Shown here: positions 17,893 through 28,103 of the stretch, piece by piece
Layout of the letters: every line of letters begins with the position of its first letter
Position numbering within the stretch: the first letter of the stretch is position 1
DNA from: an uncultured archaeon
GTDB lineage: Archaea; Asgardarchaeota; Lokiarchaeia; Sigyniarchaeales; SOKP01
Assembly (NCBI GenBank): GCA_964508365.1
Contig: CAZDTP010000043.1
Span: forward strand, 1-34,719
Length of the DNA stretch: 34,719 bases
Direction: 5' to 3'
Notes under the pieces: generated by a model
Seen by the model: only the letters and a program-made list of their open reading frames with translations
The model's database searches: none
What the model was told of the DNA's origin: nothing
Position numbers and translations under genes: made by a program

Positions 17893-18447
17893 TTGAAGAT
17901 ATATATGCCCGGAAAATTTGTAACAGTTTTAAAGACAATTGGAAGAAAATGGTTCATTTTTCTTGTAGCTGTAATCATTATCGTCTTTTTCTTCAATCAA
18001 ATCGCTGCTATAATAATTACTATTATTACGATAGTCTTATTTGGCATTTCTTATATTCCCACTTTATTGTTTTCTAAGAAATTGAAAAAGTTTTTAAGTA
18101 ATATCAACGTAATTGAAGATAAGAGCGTTGCGAGAAGACTGAAACGCCCTTTATCCCAAGTACAAGAGAATATGTACAAGTTATCAAAAAACCAAAATAA
18201 AAAGGATTGGTTAATAACTTTTTATAACGGACACTATTCTTTTTATAACGAGAAAGTGATTGAGAAATTCAAGGATTTTTATAATAAAGGGCTGGGAGAA
18301 AAGGAAATCCTCGAACAGCTGAAAAACTTTGAGATTAATACAAGAGCTGAAATTAAAACAATCGAAGAAACTTTAGTAAATAACGATAGATTGAAAGGAA
18401 GAAAGGTATCGGTCAAAGAATATAGAGATAAAAAAAGGTATTCCTAG
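17893..18447 (+). CDS. Hypothetical membrane protein
   Basis: N-terminal hydrophobic hairpin followed by a basic soluble domain; start may be the ATG at 17905. Confidence 0.7.
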   Translation: MKIYMPGKFVTVLKTIGRKWFIFLVAVIIIVFFFNQIAAIIITIITIVLFGISYIPTLLFSKKLKKFLSNINVIEDKSVARRLKRPLSQVQENMYKLSKNQNKKDWLITFYNGHYSFYNEKVIEKFKDFYNKGLGEKEILEQLKNFEINTRAEIKTIEETLVNNDRLKGRKVSVKEYRDKKRYS

Positions 18448-18467
18448 ATTAAAAATTACCTATTCAA

Positions 18468-20579
18468 TCAGGATTCTTTTGTAATTTTAACTACAGTTCC
18501 TTCGACCTCTTTAGGGTTACCTTCATGATCCCTTATCAAGTGAGAATTTAAATGAACCGATATAATTTCCCCTTTGCCATTCTTGATTTGTATTTCAAAA
18601 TTAGTAATATAACCGTTCTCTAATAATTCCTCATAATATTTGTTTTGTTCGTTTAATTTATTCGCAAATTGGGATGATTCAGAACCAATTAAAGATATCG
18701 ATGCATCGTAACCCAAGATCTTGTTGAAAGCAGAATTATGCATTAATAAGTTACCCTTAAATTCGCCTTTGTAAAATCCAACATCTAAATCGTTTAGTAT
18801 TTTCTTGTACATCTCTTCAGATCTTCTTAATTCTTTGGTTCTTTCTTCTATTTTTTTCATAAGACTTTTATTCAATAACATTAAGCTTTTCTCAGATTCA
18901 ATCAATGATTCTTCCATTTTTTTGTTTTCAGTGATGTCTCGAAGTATCAAAATGGCTAACTCTCTTTCTCCCTCTATGTTAAAACCTGCTACGCTTGATG
19001 TACACCAATAATTTCTCTTTTTTCCATTTATATCTAGATAAATTTTCTCTTTTTCGTGTATTTTTCCATCTTTAAACATATCAACAACGATACATTCACT
19101 ACATGGTTTACCCCTATGTGAAAATACTGTATAACATTTTTGTCCTGTTATTCGTGAACCAAACAATTGTTTTGCTACATTATTAAACCAAACGACATTA
19201 AAGTGGTTATCCACTAAAAAAATTACTTCAGTTAAAGAAGAAATAATGCCAGCAAGCAATTGATGGCTTCCTTTTAAAGTTTCTTCTGCCCATTTGCGTT
19301 CTAAAGCATTACCAATAATCTCAGATGTCGTTTTAAAAATGTCGAAATCGCTTTCTTCCCATTCACTTATGCTATTAATATTGTCGAATCCAATATATCC
19401 ATAAGATTCCTTGTTTATTGTAATTGGAAAAGCAAGTAATGATTTTATATTCAACTTTTCTAATTCTTCCTTAGTTTTGGTTGCTTCTTTAGGAATTTCT
19501 GATAAGTTCTTAACGATTATCATTTCATTTTCACTCCCTAAATCAAATATCCAAGGAAATCTATTTTTACTTATAGTTGTTAAATTAATCAGTTGTGGAT
19601 CTGTTCCTTCAACGCACCACTCTTGAATGTAAAACTCAAGCGAATCTTCTTCGTTGAATAGCAATATATAAGCGCGTGTTGCTCCAATAAAAGTACCCAT
19701 TTCGAGGAGTGAATTGCTTACTGCTCTATCAATATCTACAGTACGAATAAGCCTCGATGAAATGGTAGAAATAAATTTTTCGTTCTCAAGTTTACGCTGA
19801 ATTTTTTTTTCGAAATTTTTTCGCTCCGTAATATCCATTATAAAATTTTGTATCAAATTTTCCCCCCCAATATTAATAAAAGACAATTGATTATTAATCC
19901 AAGATTTAGTCCCGTCCTTTTTAGTTATTTTACATTCGATAGGTTTAAGTGATTCGCCTTGCGTTAATTGAGATATTTTTTCTTTGAATATTGGAATTAA
20001 ATTTGGTGAATATATGCCTAAATCTAGGTATCTTTTTCCGTAAACATCTTTTTTGAGATAACCAAACTGCTGCTCAGAAGCTTTATTGCAATCAATAATA
20101 ACACCTTTAAAATCAGTAATCACCATAGGAATTGGAGACCTTTCAAATAACAATTTATACATCTCCTCAGAGTTTTTTAGTTTTTCCTCAGCTAATTTCC
20201 ATTGAGTTATATCTTTTATATGCACAATTATCAGATCAGGAGGGAGATGGTGTATTTCAAGAGAATTGTATATCTTTTCTCCCCTTGTTTTCATTTGTAA
20301 CTCTGATTTTTCTGTAATGCTTTTTTTTTCACGAAAACATTTTTTTATTGCTTCTATAATATCAGGTCGATCCTCATGCATTACAGATGCCTTTTCGTGG
20401 AGTAGATCCTTAATCTTTCCATTACTAAGTTTTACAGCCGCATTATTATAAGCAATCAGTATAAACTCGTTTTTGACATTCTGCCAAACATATGTTGGAA
20501 TAGGCATACTATTGAAAAATTGATTAATGTTGTCATCTAAGAGGAAATAGTTTCTTCCGAGGTCAGTTATCTTCTTCAC
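18468..20579 (-). CDS. Multi-PAS/GAF sensory protein without a recognizable output domain
   Basis: Repeated PAS/PAC ends (DITQWK, DITERK, DITENK), a central GAF (LLAFPI...YGYIGFD) and a coiled coil; no HisKA or HATPase motifs. Confidence 0.82.
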   Translation of the reverse strand: MKKITDLGRNYFLLDDNINQFFNSMPIPTYVWQNVKNEFILIAYNNAAVKLSNGKIKDLLHEKASVMHEDRPDIIEAIKKCFREKKSITEKSELQMKTRGEKIYNSLEIHHLPPDLIIVHIKDITQWKLAEEKLKNSEEMYKLLFERSPIPMVITDFKGVIIDCNKASEQQFGYLKKDVYGKRYLDLGIYSPNLIPIFKEKISQLTQGESLKPIECKITKKDGTKSWINNQLSFINIGGENLIQNFIMDITERKNFEKKIQRKLENEKFISTISSRLIRTVDIDRAVSNSLLEMGTFIGATRAYILLFNEEDSLEFYIQEWCVEGTDPQLINLTTISKNRFPWIFDLGSENEMIIVKNLSEIPKEATKTKEELEKLNIKSLLAFPITINKESYGYIGFDNINSISEWEESDFDIFKTTSEIIGNALERKWAEETLKGSHQLLAGIISSLTEVIFLVDNHFNVVWFNNVAKQLFGSRITGQKCYTVFSHRGKPCSECIVVDMFKDGKIHEKEKIYLDINGKKRNYWCTSSVAGFNIEGERELAILILRDITENKKMEESLIESEKSLMLLNKSLMKKIEERTKELRRSEEMYKKILNDLDVGFYKGEFKGNLLMHNSAFNKILGYDASISLIGSESSQFANKLNEQNKYYEELLENGYITNFEIQIKNGKGEIISVHLNSHLIRDHEGNPKEVEGTVVKITKES

Positions 20580-20740
20580 CTAATAGATTTGATTAAATTC
20601 TTTTATTTGATTGTGAATTGTCAACCTTACAAAAAATTTTAGGAGGATAGTCATCTTTAATAATAGTTCATTAATTGATTATATAATTATTTATGTATTG
20701 AAAAAAATAATTAAAAATTAAAAAAAAGAGTAAATTCCTG

Positions 20741-21046
20741 TTAAATTTTCAAATCTCCGAAGTTATAATATTTTCTTACTGGTTTTTTGACATTCCAGAC
20801 GCATTCTAATCCCTTAGGAAATTGTACTAAATCTCCCTTTTTAAATTCGAGTTTTTCGCCAGTAGAATTATCAGTAACTTCTATTTCTCCTTCCAAAATA
20901 TAACAAGTTTCAGTATCGCTGTAAGACCAATCAAAAACGCTCTTTTCTTTTTCCCAGATGCCCCAGGATTTAACTCCTAGTTCATTTAACTCTTCCTCAG
21001 AAGGTATTTTCTTTTTCATTTCTACCACATTTGTCCGAGATATCAC
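20741..21046 (-). CDS. Cupin (DUF861/cupin_3-like)
   Basis: WGIWEKE...FDWSY...ETCYILEGE...GDLVQFPKG...W; start probably at the ATG at 21019. Confidence 0.85.
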   Translation of the reverse strand: MISRTNVVEMKKKIPSEEELNELGVKSWGIWEKEKSVFDWSYSDTETCYILEGEIEVTDNSTGEKLEFKKGDLVQFPKGLECVWNVKKPVRKYYNFGDLKI

Positions 21047-21381
21047 TATTTTTAATGATTATTTTGATTAGTATTAAGTAATAATAAATTAAATATTAAT
21101 TGTATAATTGCCTTTCGGACTTTATATAATAGAAGAAATTTTATTATTAAGATAAAATATGTGTAAGATACTAAAATTAGTTAAAAAGATATTAAAACCT
21201 TAAAATAGAAATATAATTTAAATTTACTTAAATCAAAAAGGTAAAAAATGAAAATTTTTATTAGATATTAAAACAAGTATTTAAACTTTTAATAGGATAA
21301 ATTAGTAAATTTTTCATTCAAAACCTCTATAACTACCAACAATTGAGCTATTAAAATTAAGAAAACGAGAAATTAGAAAAT

Positions 21382-21900
21382 ATGAAGAAGTTTATCTTAA
21401 AAATACTTACTGCAGGAGAAGGAGGAGTAGGAAAAACCACACTTCTTCATCGTTTTGTAGAAGGTAAGTTTAGTGCTGAAACGAAGATGACAATTGGGGT
21501 AGAATTCTTTCTTAAAGAGGTAAATATCGATAGTCAACATTGTACGCTTCAATTATGGGATTTTGGAGGTCAACAAAGGTTTAGGTTTCTGTTAGAAAGT
21601 TATGTGTTAGGTGCAAAAGGAGCTTTACTACTTTTTGATTTAACACGTCCAATGACTTTGGAAAAATTAGAAGAATGGGTAAATATTTGCCGTAGGGGTA
21701 ATCCGGATTTGCCTATACTTTTTTTAGGGACCAAAAACGATTTAAAGGAAGATATCATGATAACCGATGACTATGCTGCAGAATTTAAGGAGGCTTTCAA
21801 CCTTTTTGATTATATGAAGATTTCAAGTAAATCTGGAGAAAATGTTCTTAAGGCTTTTGATTTATTGACAAAAAAAATATTAGATCGTCAAAGTTATTAA
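21382..21900 (+). CDS. Rab-like small GTPase (Ras superfamily)
   Basis: G1 GEGGVGKT, G2 TIGVEF, G3 WDFGGQ, G4 TKND, G5 SSK; no C-terminal prenylation Cys. Confidence 0.92.
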   Translation: MKKFILKILTAGEGGVGKTTLLHRFVEGKFSAETKMTIGVEFFLKEVNIDSQHCTLQLWDFGGQQRFRFLLESYVLGAKGALLLFDLTRPMTLEKLEEWVNICRRGNPDLPILFLGTKNDLKEDIMITDDYAAEFKEAFNLFDYMKISSKSGENVLKAFDLLTKKILDRQSY

Positions 21901-21923
21901 TTTTTTACCATATTTATGGAGCA

Positions 21924-22355
21924 ATGTTAGAAAATCTTATCGTAATTGATGCGAACTTCATATTACTTCCATTTCAGTTTAAAATTGATTATCTATATGA
22001 TATAGATAGTAGATTAGAGGGGCGTACTGTTTTCATTCTTTTTAAGCAAATTTTAGATGAATTAGAAGCTAAAAGACTTCGAGAACCAAATGCTACAAAG
22101 TTTATTATGAATTTAAAGTCTGGCCTTTCCTATTTAGAGAATAATTATAAAAAATATAATATTGTTTATAACCATCTTATAAAATCAAAGGGGGAACCTA
22201 CGGATGATTTTTTAGTAAGAAACTGTCAAGAATTAAAAGGAAAAGAGATTAGAGTCTATTTAGCGTCTAATGATGCAGATCTACGTAGAAAAGTGAGAAA
22301 AATTGATGTCAGTACTATATTTCTTCGCCAGAAAAAGTTTCTTTCTTATGATTAG
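21924..22355 (+). CDS. PIN-domain nuclease, Fcf1/Utp24-like
   Basis: IDANF, ELE, TDD and ASNDADLRRK acidic PIN motifs. Confidence 0.75.
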   Translation: MLENLIVIDANFILLPFQFKIDYLYDIDSRLEGRTVFILFKQILDELEAKRLREPNATKFIMNLKSGLSYLENNYKKYNIVYNHLIKSKGEPTDDFLVRNCQELKGKEIRVYLASNDADLRRKVRKIDVSTIFLRQKKFLSYD

Positions 22356-22463
22356 CGCTAAACCTTTATTATAAGATATTTTACTTGCTGTTATCGTTAG
22401 TATATATTAATCAATATCTGCAAATTTGAAGATATGTAATAGTTATATTGAAATAGAAGAAAA

Positions 22464-23651
22464 TTATATTCGATTTATTACTATCTCTTTTATATCTTCA
22501 AGCTTGAGGCGAACTGGATTATTTTTTAATCCCGTATTTTTAACGATCTCTTCGACATCTTTATGTGTAATTCCATATTTACCTAATGGCTCCAGATTTA
22601 ATTCTTCTGTCCATCTTTCAAGAGTTTCTATAAGCGCTGAACAATAATATGACACATCTATATTTGCCTCGTAACTTTTACCAGTTATTAATGCTCCTAT
22701 TATTGCATGCTTCATTAAGCCATGCTCGCCATCATGACCAATTTGCTCTAATCTCTTTACATTCATTTTTGTACATTCAGCAAGTAACGTCCCGCATACT
22801 GTTCCGTGAGGTATATTAAACAATCCACCTATTGAGGAGGCTAAACCGTGGACAATTCCCAATCCAGCGTTTGCAAGGACAATACCGGAGACTAAAGAAC
22901 CATAGGCCATGGCAGATCGTGCTTTCAAGTCTGAAGATTTATAGCTGTAAACGGGAATTATATTATCTTTTATTTGTTTGATTCCACTATACGCTAACGC
23001 TTCAGTTAAAGGACTTGAACGAGGAGAGACGTATGCTTCTAACAACTGTGTGAAAGCATCCATTCCACAAGCTGCAGTAATTGAGGGTGGACAGAATACA
23101 ACGAGTTTAGGATCCACTATAGCATAATTCGGGATAAAATTATCGTGCCGTAAAGATTTTTTAAATCCTTCGGAACCGACCTCAGTTATGACAGCGTTTT
23201 TTGTTGCTTCGCTACCGGTCCCTGAAGTAGTAGGAATAGCAATGTATGGAATTTTTTTTCCATCGTGTACCTTATCTCCAACACCCTCAAGGTATTTCTT
23301 AATTGATTCTTTCTTAGGAATCATCGCTGAAATGGCCTTTCCAGCATCAATAACGCTACCACCCCCAATTCCAATAATTAAATCTAAATTTTTCTGTTGA
23401 AATTTCTTAACAGCGTCATCAATTAAGGATGGAGTAGGTTCTCCAGCGATTGATATTGAATAGAAATTAATGGCTCTTCTGAGCATCTCGTTTGTGATTT
23501 CATCCCATTTTCCAGATGCCTTAAGCGATGAACCTCCGATCACATACAAAACATTATTTCCGAAATTAGTGATAATATCGTATAATTTGCGAAGGGTACC
23601 AGCTCCAAAAATTATGTTAGGTATGCTTGCAAATCTAAAATTTGAGATCAT
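22464..23651 (-). CDS. Iron-containing alcohol dehydrogenase
   Basis: GGGSVID, IPTTSGTGSE, DAFTQLLE, GIVHGLA and PHG metal ligands. Confidence 0.92.
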   Translation of the reverse strand: MISNFRFASIPNIIFGAGTLRKLYDIITNFGNNVLYVIGGSSLKASGKWDEITNEMLRRAINFYSISIAGEPTPSLIDDAVKKFQQKNLDLIIGIGGGSVIDAGKAISAMIPKKESIKKYLEGVGDKVHDGKKIPYIAIPTTSGTGSEATKNAVITEVGSEGFKKSLRHDNFIPNYAIVDPKLVVFCPPSITAACGMDAFTQLLEAYVSPRSSPLTEALAYSGIKQIKDNIIPVYSYKSSDLKARSAMAYGSLVSGIVLANAGLGIVHGLASSIGGLFNIPHGTVCGTLLAECTKMNVKRLEQIGHDGEHGLMKHAIIGALITGKSYEANIDVSYYCSALIETLERWTEELNLEPLGKYGITHKDVEEIVKNTGLKNNPVRLKLEDIKEIVINRI

Positions 23652-23751
23652 TCTACTAGCTTACTAAGAATTTAAATTAATAAGATTTTTAACTTAATTT
23701 AATTTAGATAATTTGTTTTTAGTAAATAAGATATAGGTTTGTTAGTAAAAA

Positions 23752-24087
23752 ATGAAACAAATAAATGAAAAAGATTTTCAATATAGAGGCGGAGAATCTG
23801 GTGTTAAATATTTGATGCGTGGACCAAGTATAGATTGGGGGTTAATTCTATTAAAACAGGGTGAAAAAATGGCTGAAAAGGCTCACGGGCATAATTCACT
23901 TGATGAAACGTTTTATTTCGTTGAGGGGGATGGTGTTATGATTGTAGATGACAAAGAATTCGTTGCTTTAGAAGGAAGTGTATTTTTAGTGGAACCAAAA
24001 GAAATGCATAATATTCGGAACGATTCTCAAAAATCTATAAAAATTTTATTTATTAAAGGTGATTATAAACCCGATGATAAATACTAA
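23752..24087 (+). CDS. Cupin domain protein
   Basis: HGHNSLDETFYFVEG and PKEMH cupin motifs. Confidence 0.85.
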   Translation: MKQINEKDFQYRGGESGVKYLMRGPSIDWGLILLKQGEKMAEKAHGHNSLDETFYFVEGDGVMIVDDKEFVALEGSVFLVEPKEMHNIRNDSQKSIKILFIKGDYKPDDKY

Positions 24088-24117
24088 TATTGTACACATT
24101 GTTTAAAGGAAAAAATC

Positions 24118-24498
24118 ATGGCAAAAAAAACAGGAAAGCAAGTGAAGAGAGGCAAAGGACCATATGTTCCACCACCTGTCACACGCGTTAAGTTTCCCAC
24201 TAAGAGGTTAGGAGAAATGTTTGGTAGAATCGTTGATATTTATGGGAATGAACGGATGGGGGTATTTTGCGAGGATGGTAAACACCGAGTAGGCAGAATT
24301 CGCGGTAAAATTAAAAAACGCGTTTGGATAAGAAAGGGGGACCTAGTAATAGTGTCTCCGTGGGATTGGGAAACAGAAGTCGCAGATAAACCGGGAAAAT
24401 GCGAAATAACTTGGAGATATACTAATGCAGAAATATCTTGGCTCGAAAGAAACAGAAGAATTCCTGAGATATTAGATATAAATAACATACCATTATAG
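24118..24498 (+). CDS. eif1a: Translation initiation factor 1A (aIF1A)
   Basis: OB fold with GRIRGKIKKRVWIRKGDLVIVSPWD and WRYT. Confidence 0.93.
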   Translation: MAKKTGKQVKRGKGPYVPPPVTRVKFPTKRLGEMFGRIVDIYGNERMGVFCEDGKHRVGRIRGKIKKRVWIRKGDLVIVSPWDWETEVADKPGKCEITWRYTNAEISWLERNRRIPEILDINNIPL

Positions 24499-24678
24499 TA
24501 ATTCATAAACCGATAAGGCTGATTAAATATTGAGAAATCGACTCTCATAATAAATATCTCCTTAAAAGGCAAAATTTTTAATTTAGAAATTCCTTTATAT
24601 ATTAAACTACTTTTTTAAGAAATCGATTTAAAAGCATTCTAAATTTCGACAATTCAAATAAGAAAAAAGTGAGTAAAG

Positions 24679-25449
24679 ATGGTGGACCAAGAGGATCAGC
24701 CTGGAAACAATAAAGAGGAAGAAATAGAGGTAGATGAAGACTTAACCGTGGCAAAAAACAATGATGTTGAGGAGGGTGAGCCTTCTACTACTCTTTTTGC
24801 TGTGCGAACTACGATAAACCAAGAAAGTAACATATTGCGACAAATTTTTTACCGGTTTAAAATTTTAGATGTAGTTCCCGATATTAGAGCAATGCTTGTA
24901 TCTCCTTTATTACCCGGTTATGTATTTTTTGAAGCTCCTCAAAAAAGATCTGTTCAAATTGCCGTACAAGGAATTCCCCATATAAAAGGAAGAATCGTTC
25001 AGAATATTGATTTAAACGAATTAAAACACGTCTTACTACCTAGAAGCGTCACCGAATATTTAGAATCGGGTGATACCGTTGAAATTATAAGCGGTGTATT
25101 CGAAGGTTCAAGGGCGATCGTTATGCGCATGCCACACGATACATCAAGTAGCGAAGAAGTAGTGGTACGACTTCTACAAGAAGAAACTCCTATTACGATT
25201 AAAATTCACGGCGACTACCTCAAACTAGTTGAAAAGAAAAAATTAGAGAAAGAGGCTATACCAGAAATTCAATTAAGCGAAGAACAAGTAGCTTTGGATT
25301 TAGATAAAGCTATAAGTTTTGACGATGATTACGACGAGTTTGAAGAAGAATCAGTTGAAGGCGTAAAAGCAGAAAAATCTGAGGAATTTGATGAAGATGA
25401 TGAAGAGATCGACGATGACGACGAATGGGCTAAATTTGATGGATTTTAA
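24679..25449 (+). CDS. spt5: Transcription elongation factor Spt5 (NGN + KOW) with acidic extensions
   Basis: FAVRTTINQE, PGYVFFEA and KOW GDTVEIISGVFEG; D/E-rich N- and C-terminal tails. Confidence 0.88.
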   Translation: MVDQEDQPGNNKEEEIEVDEDLTVAKNNDVEEGEPSTTLFAVRTTINQESNILRQIFYRFKILDVVPDIRAMLVSPLLPGYVFFEAPQKRSVQIAVQGIPHIKGRIVQNIDLNELKHVLLPRSVTEYLESGDTVEIISGVFEGSRAIVMRMPHDTSSSEEVVVRLLQEETPITIKIHGDYLKLVEKKKLEKEAIPEIQLSEEQVALDLDKAISFDDDYDEFEEESVEGVKAEKSEEFDEDDEEIDDDDEWAKFDGF

Positions 25450-25635
25450 GGGTAAATAGTAACGATCCAACACCATTAAATTTTCTCTGTTTCTAGTCCA
25501 CAGAAAGAAAAGTGTATTATTATTGGTTTTATATCATTAGAATGATTTATACAAGAATTTTTAAATCTATACTTTTATTAAAAGAATATAAAACCATAAT
25601 TTTAAAGGTATAAACCTAATTTTCTTTGAGCTCCA

Positions 25636-26379
25636 ATGATTAAAAATATCTTCATCATGAAATCAACGGGCGAACTACTTTTTTATAAAACTTATGAAGA
25701 AATTTTTGACATTAAACTGACAAGTAGCTTTTTAAGCGCAATCTTCTCTTTTGTGAAGCAAACCTTGAAAACAAAAGAATTATCTGAAATTGAAGTTGGA
25801 CCATTTCGATTTATCTTTGAAGTAGAAAAAGCCAACTCTAGTGAGCTCATGTTTGCTCTCTTTAGCGATAGAACGGATAATCTTGTAGAGCTGAGAAACC
25901 AGTTACGGGAAATAAAAAGTGAATTTCTATATGAATTTGATGTGAGAGAGTTAACGGAAAATTTTAATGGAGAAGTCTCGATATATCAAAATTTTGAGAA
26001 AAACGTTGACCGAATAATTGAGAGCAAAAAGCTAGTTTCAGAAGAAATTCAAAAAGATTTAATCGAAGTTTTTAAGGAACTTCATACCTTTTCATCTTTT
26101 GTAATCTCATCCGCATTATTGACTCAAACTGGAAGAGTTATCGTTTCATACCTAAACGCTAATGTCCTTTCAGAGATAATAAGATTATTAGAGAGTAGAT
26201 TTATAATAGGGAATTCAAGAATTAGTGAATTAATATCACTCGAGGAATACGGTATTTTGTCCTTAGTAGGAATTGACAACTTTATTTCTATAATCCAGTT
26301 CAAGAAAAATTGTCCATTCGAGACCAGTTTGATAATATCTAAAAAGTTTTCAAAGAGACTTAAGAAATTGATAATGTAA
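25636..26379 (+). CDS. Longin-like plus roadblock-like domain protein
   Basis: N-terminal IFIMKSTGELLFY...SSFLSAIFSF longin pattern; second half VISSALLTQTGRVIVS resembles a roadblock/profilin fold (by-eye assignment). Confidence 0.65.
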   Translation: MIKNIFIMKSTGELLFYKTYEEIFDIKLTSSFLSAIFSFVKQTLKTKELSEIEVGPFRFIFEVEKANSSELMFALFSDRTDNLVELRNQLREIKSEFLYEFDVRELTENFNGEVSIYQNFEKNVDRIIESKKLVSEEIQKDLIEVFKELHTFSSFVISSALLTQTGRVIVSYLNANVLSEIIRLLESRFIIGNSRISELISLEEYGILSLVGIDNFISIIQFKKNCPFETSLIISKKFSKRLKKLIM

Positions 26380-26601
26380 AAATACCTATAACTCCTAATT
26401 CTCTCCTTATATTCAACTACTTTTCTTATTAAATAACTTTTTAAATCCAAAAAAAGAAGATGATTTTGAATATCCATTTGTCTTAAATCGATCTTCACCT
26501 CTATTATTTTCGAGTAATATTAAAAGTTTATTTCATTTTTCTTTTAGTAGTAATATCACAAAATAAAAGATTTTAATTATAAAAAGTGGGAGATTAAAAA
26601 A

Positions 26602-27906
26602 ATGGAAGAAGAAATTAAAACTAAATTTGTAAATCAAGCAATAAATGACGAAATCCTCGAGAAGTTAAGCTTAAAAAACAGATACGCGTTTTTGAATACG
26701 AACTTAATGACGGTTATAGATCAAAAGCAGATGAATTTCTTAAAAAAAGCTCAGAAGTTTTGTGTGCGATTCGAAAAGAAGAATAACATAACTCATGCAC
26801 CAGACGAAGAATTTTACCATTGGATCCCCGATTTCGGAAAAGAAGGCCTTATATCGCGGGCGCATCCCTATGAAGAAATTGGTATGGACTTTCCAGATAA
26901 CGGGTTAGCAATTGAGTTAATGAGGTGCTTATCTTTAAGCTTTTTTGACCCCATGTTTTCCATGGCTGGAGGAGCAACGATTTTAGCTATTAATCCCATT
27001 TATTACCATCACGAGAATGTCCCTATCAGATTAGAGGTCCTAAAAAAATTCGTAACGGGAGAAACGCCAGGAGCAATTTTAATCACCGAACCTGAGAGAG
27101 GTTCCGACGCTGTGCATATGTTAACCACTTGTGACGAACAGCCTGACGGATCTTTTCTTCTAAACGGAGAAAAGATTTTCAACACCAACGCACCTAAAGC
27201 AGGATATGTCATTGCTTACGCTACAGCAGAACAAAACAACGGGAACACGATGGCTCAATTCCTTATAGACACCTCGTGGGATGGATGGGAATGCAAACGG
27301 GTTAATATTCCTTGGGTAAATAAGGTATGGATTGGCCACGAGCACTTAACTAATCTACGGGTTCCTAAAGAATATATTATAGGTGGTGTAGGTAAAGGAA
27401 GAGAACATTTATTTGAAGGGCTCGTACCAGAACGAATAGGTATTGCCCTTGACGCAACATCACAATGCTGGAACGCAATTGCTCACGCAGCTATATACGC
27501 AAATAACAGAAAACAATTCGATCAAATGATTTTGAAGTTTCAAGGCGTAGGCTTTCTATTGACAGATTTGTGGGCTAGGTTATCTAATGTAACTCAAGGG
27601 TTATTACGATTCTGTGAACAATACGACGCTAAAGTCGAACATTATGGGGGAGAACTCCCAAAAAATCTCGCTCAAGCTATGGTAGCTGGAGCAAGTCAAT
27701 ATAAATACCATACATGCGCTCTTTCCAGAGAAATATGTTATGAAGCTGCAAACCTTATGGGTGGAGCGGGTTTGTGCGATAACACTTTGATGCACGATTT
27801 ATTAAACATCTCGAGAATACAAGAAATAGTTGGCGGCAGTCGGCAAATTCAACAATACATTCTTAGCATGGCCATGAGACAGCTTTACAAAATGTCAGGT
27901 ATTTAA
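26602..27906 (+). CDS. Acyl-CoA dehydrogenase (paralog 1)
   Basis: ITEPERGSDA, LNGEKIFNTN, RKQF...KFQGV, NLMGGAG, EIVGGSRQIQ. Confidence 0.92.
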   Translation: MEEEIKTKFVNQAINDEILEKLSLKNRYAFLNTNLMTVIDQKQMNFLKKAQKFCVRFEKKNNITHAPDEEFYHWIPDFGKEGLISRAHPYEEIGMDFPDNGLAIELMRCLSLSFFDPMFSMAGGATILAINPIYYHHENVPIRLEVLKKFVTGETPGAILITEPERGSDAVHMLTTCDEQPDGSFLLNGEKIFNTNAPKAGYVIAYATAEQNNGNTMAQFLIDTSWDGWECKRVNIPWVNKVWIGHEHLTNLRVPKEYIIGGVGKGREHLFEGLVPERIGIALDATSQCWNAIAHAAIYANNRKQFDQMILKFQGVGFLLTDLWARLSNVTQGLLRFCEQYDAKVEHYGGELPKNLAQAMVAGASQYKYHTCALSREICYEAANLMGGAGLCDNTLMHDLLNISRIQEIVGGSRQIQQYILSMAMRQLYKMSGI

Positions 27907-28103
27907 GATAACGATCATAATCCAATCACTTATTTTCTTTATTTTTTTTTGTTAACCATTAATTAAATCGATCTTTTTGAATTTCTGATCCTGATATTAA
28001 TAATTATTCAATACTAAAAATTAATATGAAAAATCATATTTCTCTTCGTAAGACTATTTCTCTAGTAATTTTCAAATAAATTAAAAAAATCGAAGTTAGA
28101 AAA

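Noticed and set aside
20580-21381. AT-rich intergenic tracts as possible origin, CRISPR or repeat array
   Set aside because: No regularly spaced direct repeats, ORB-like motifs or cas/orc genes were seen.
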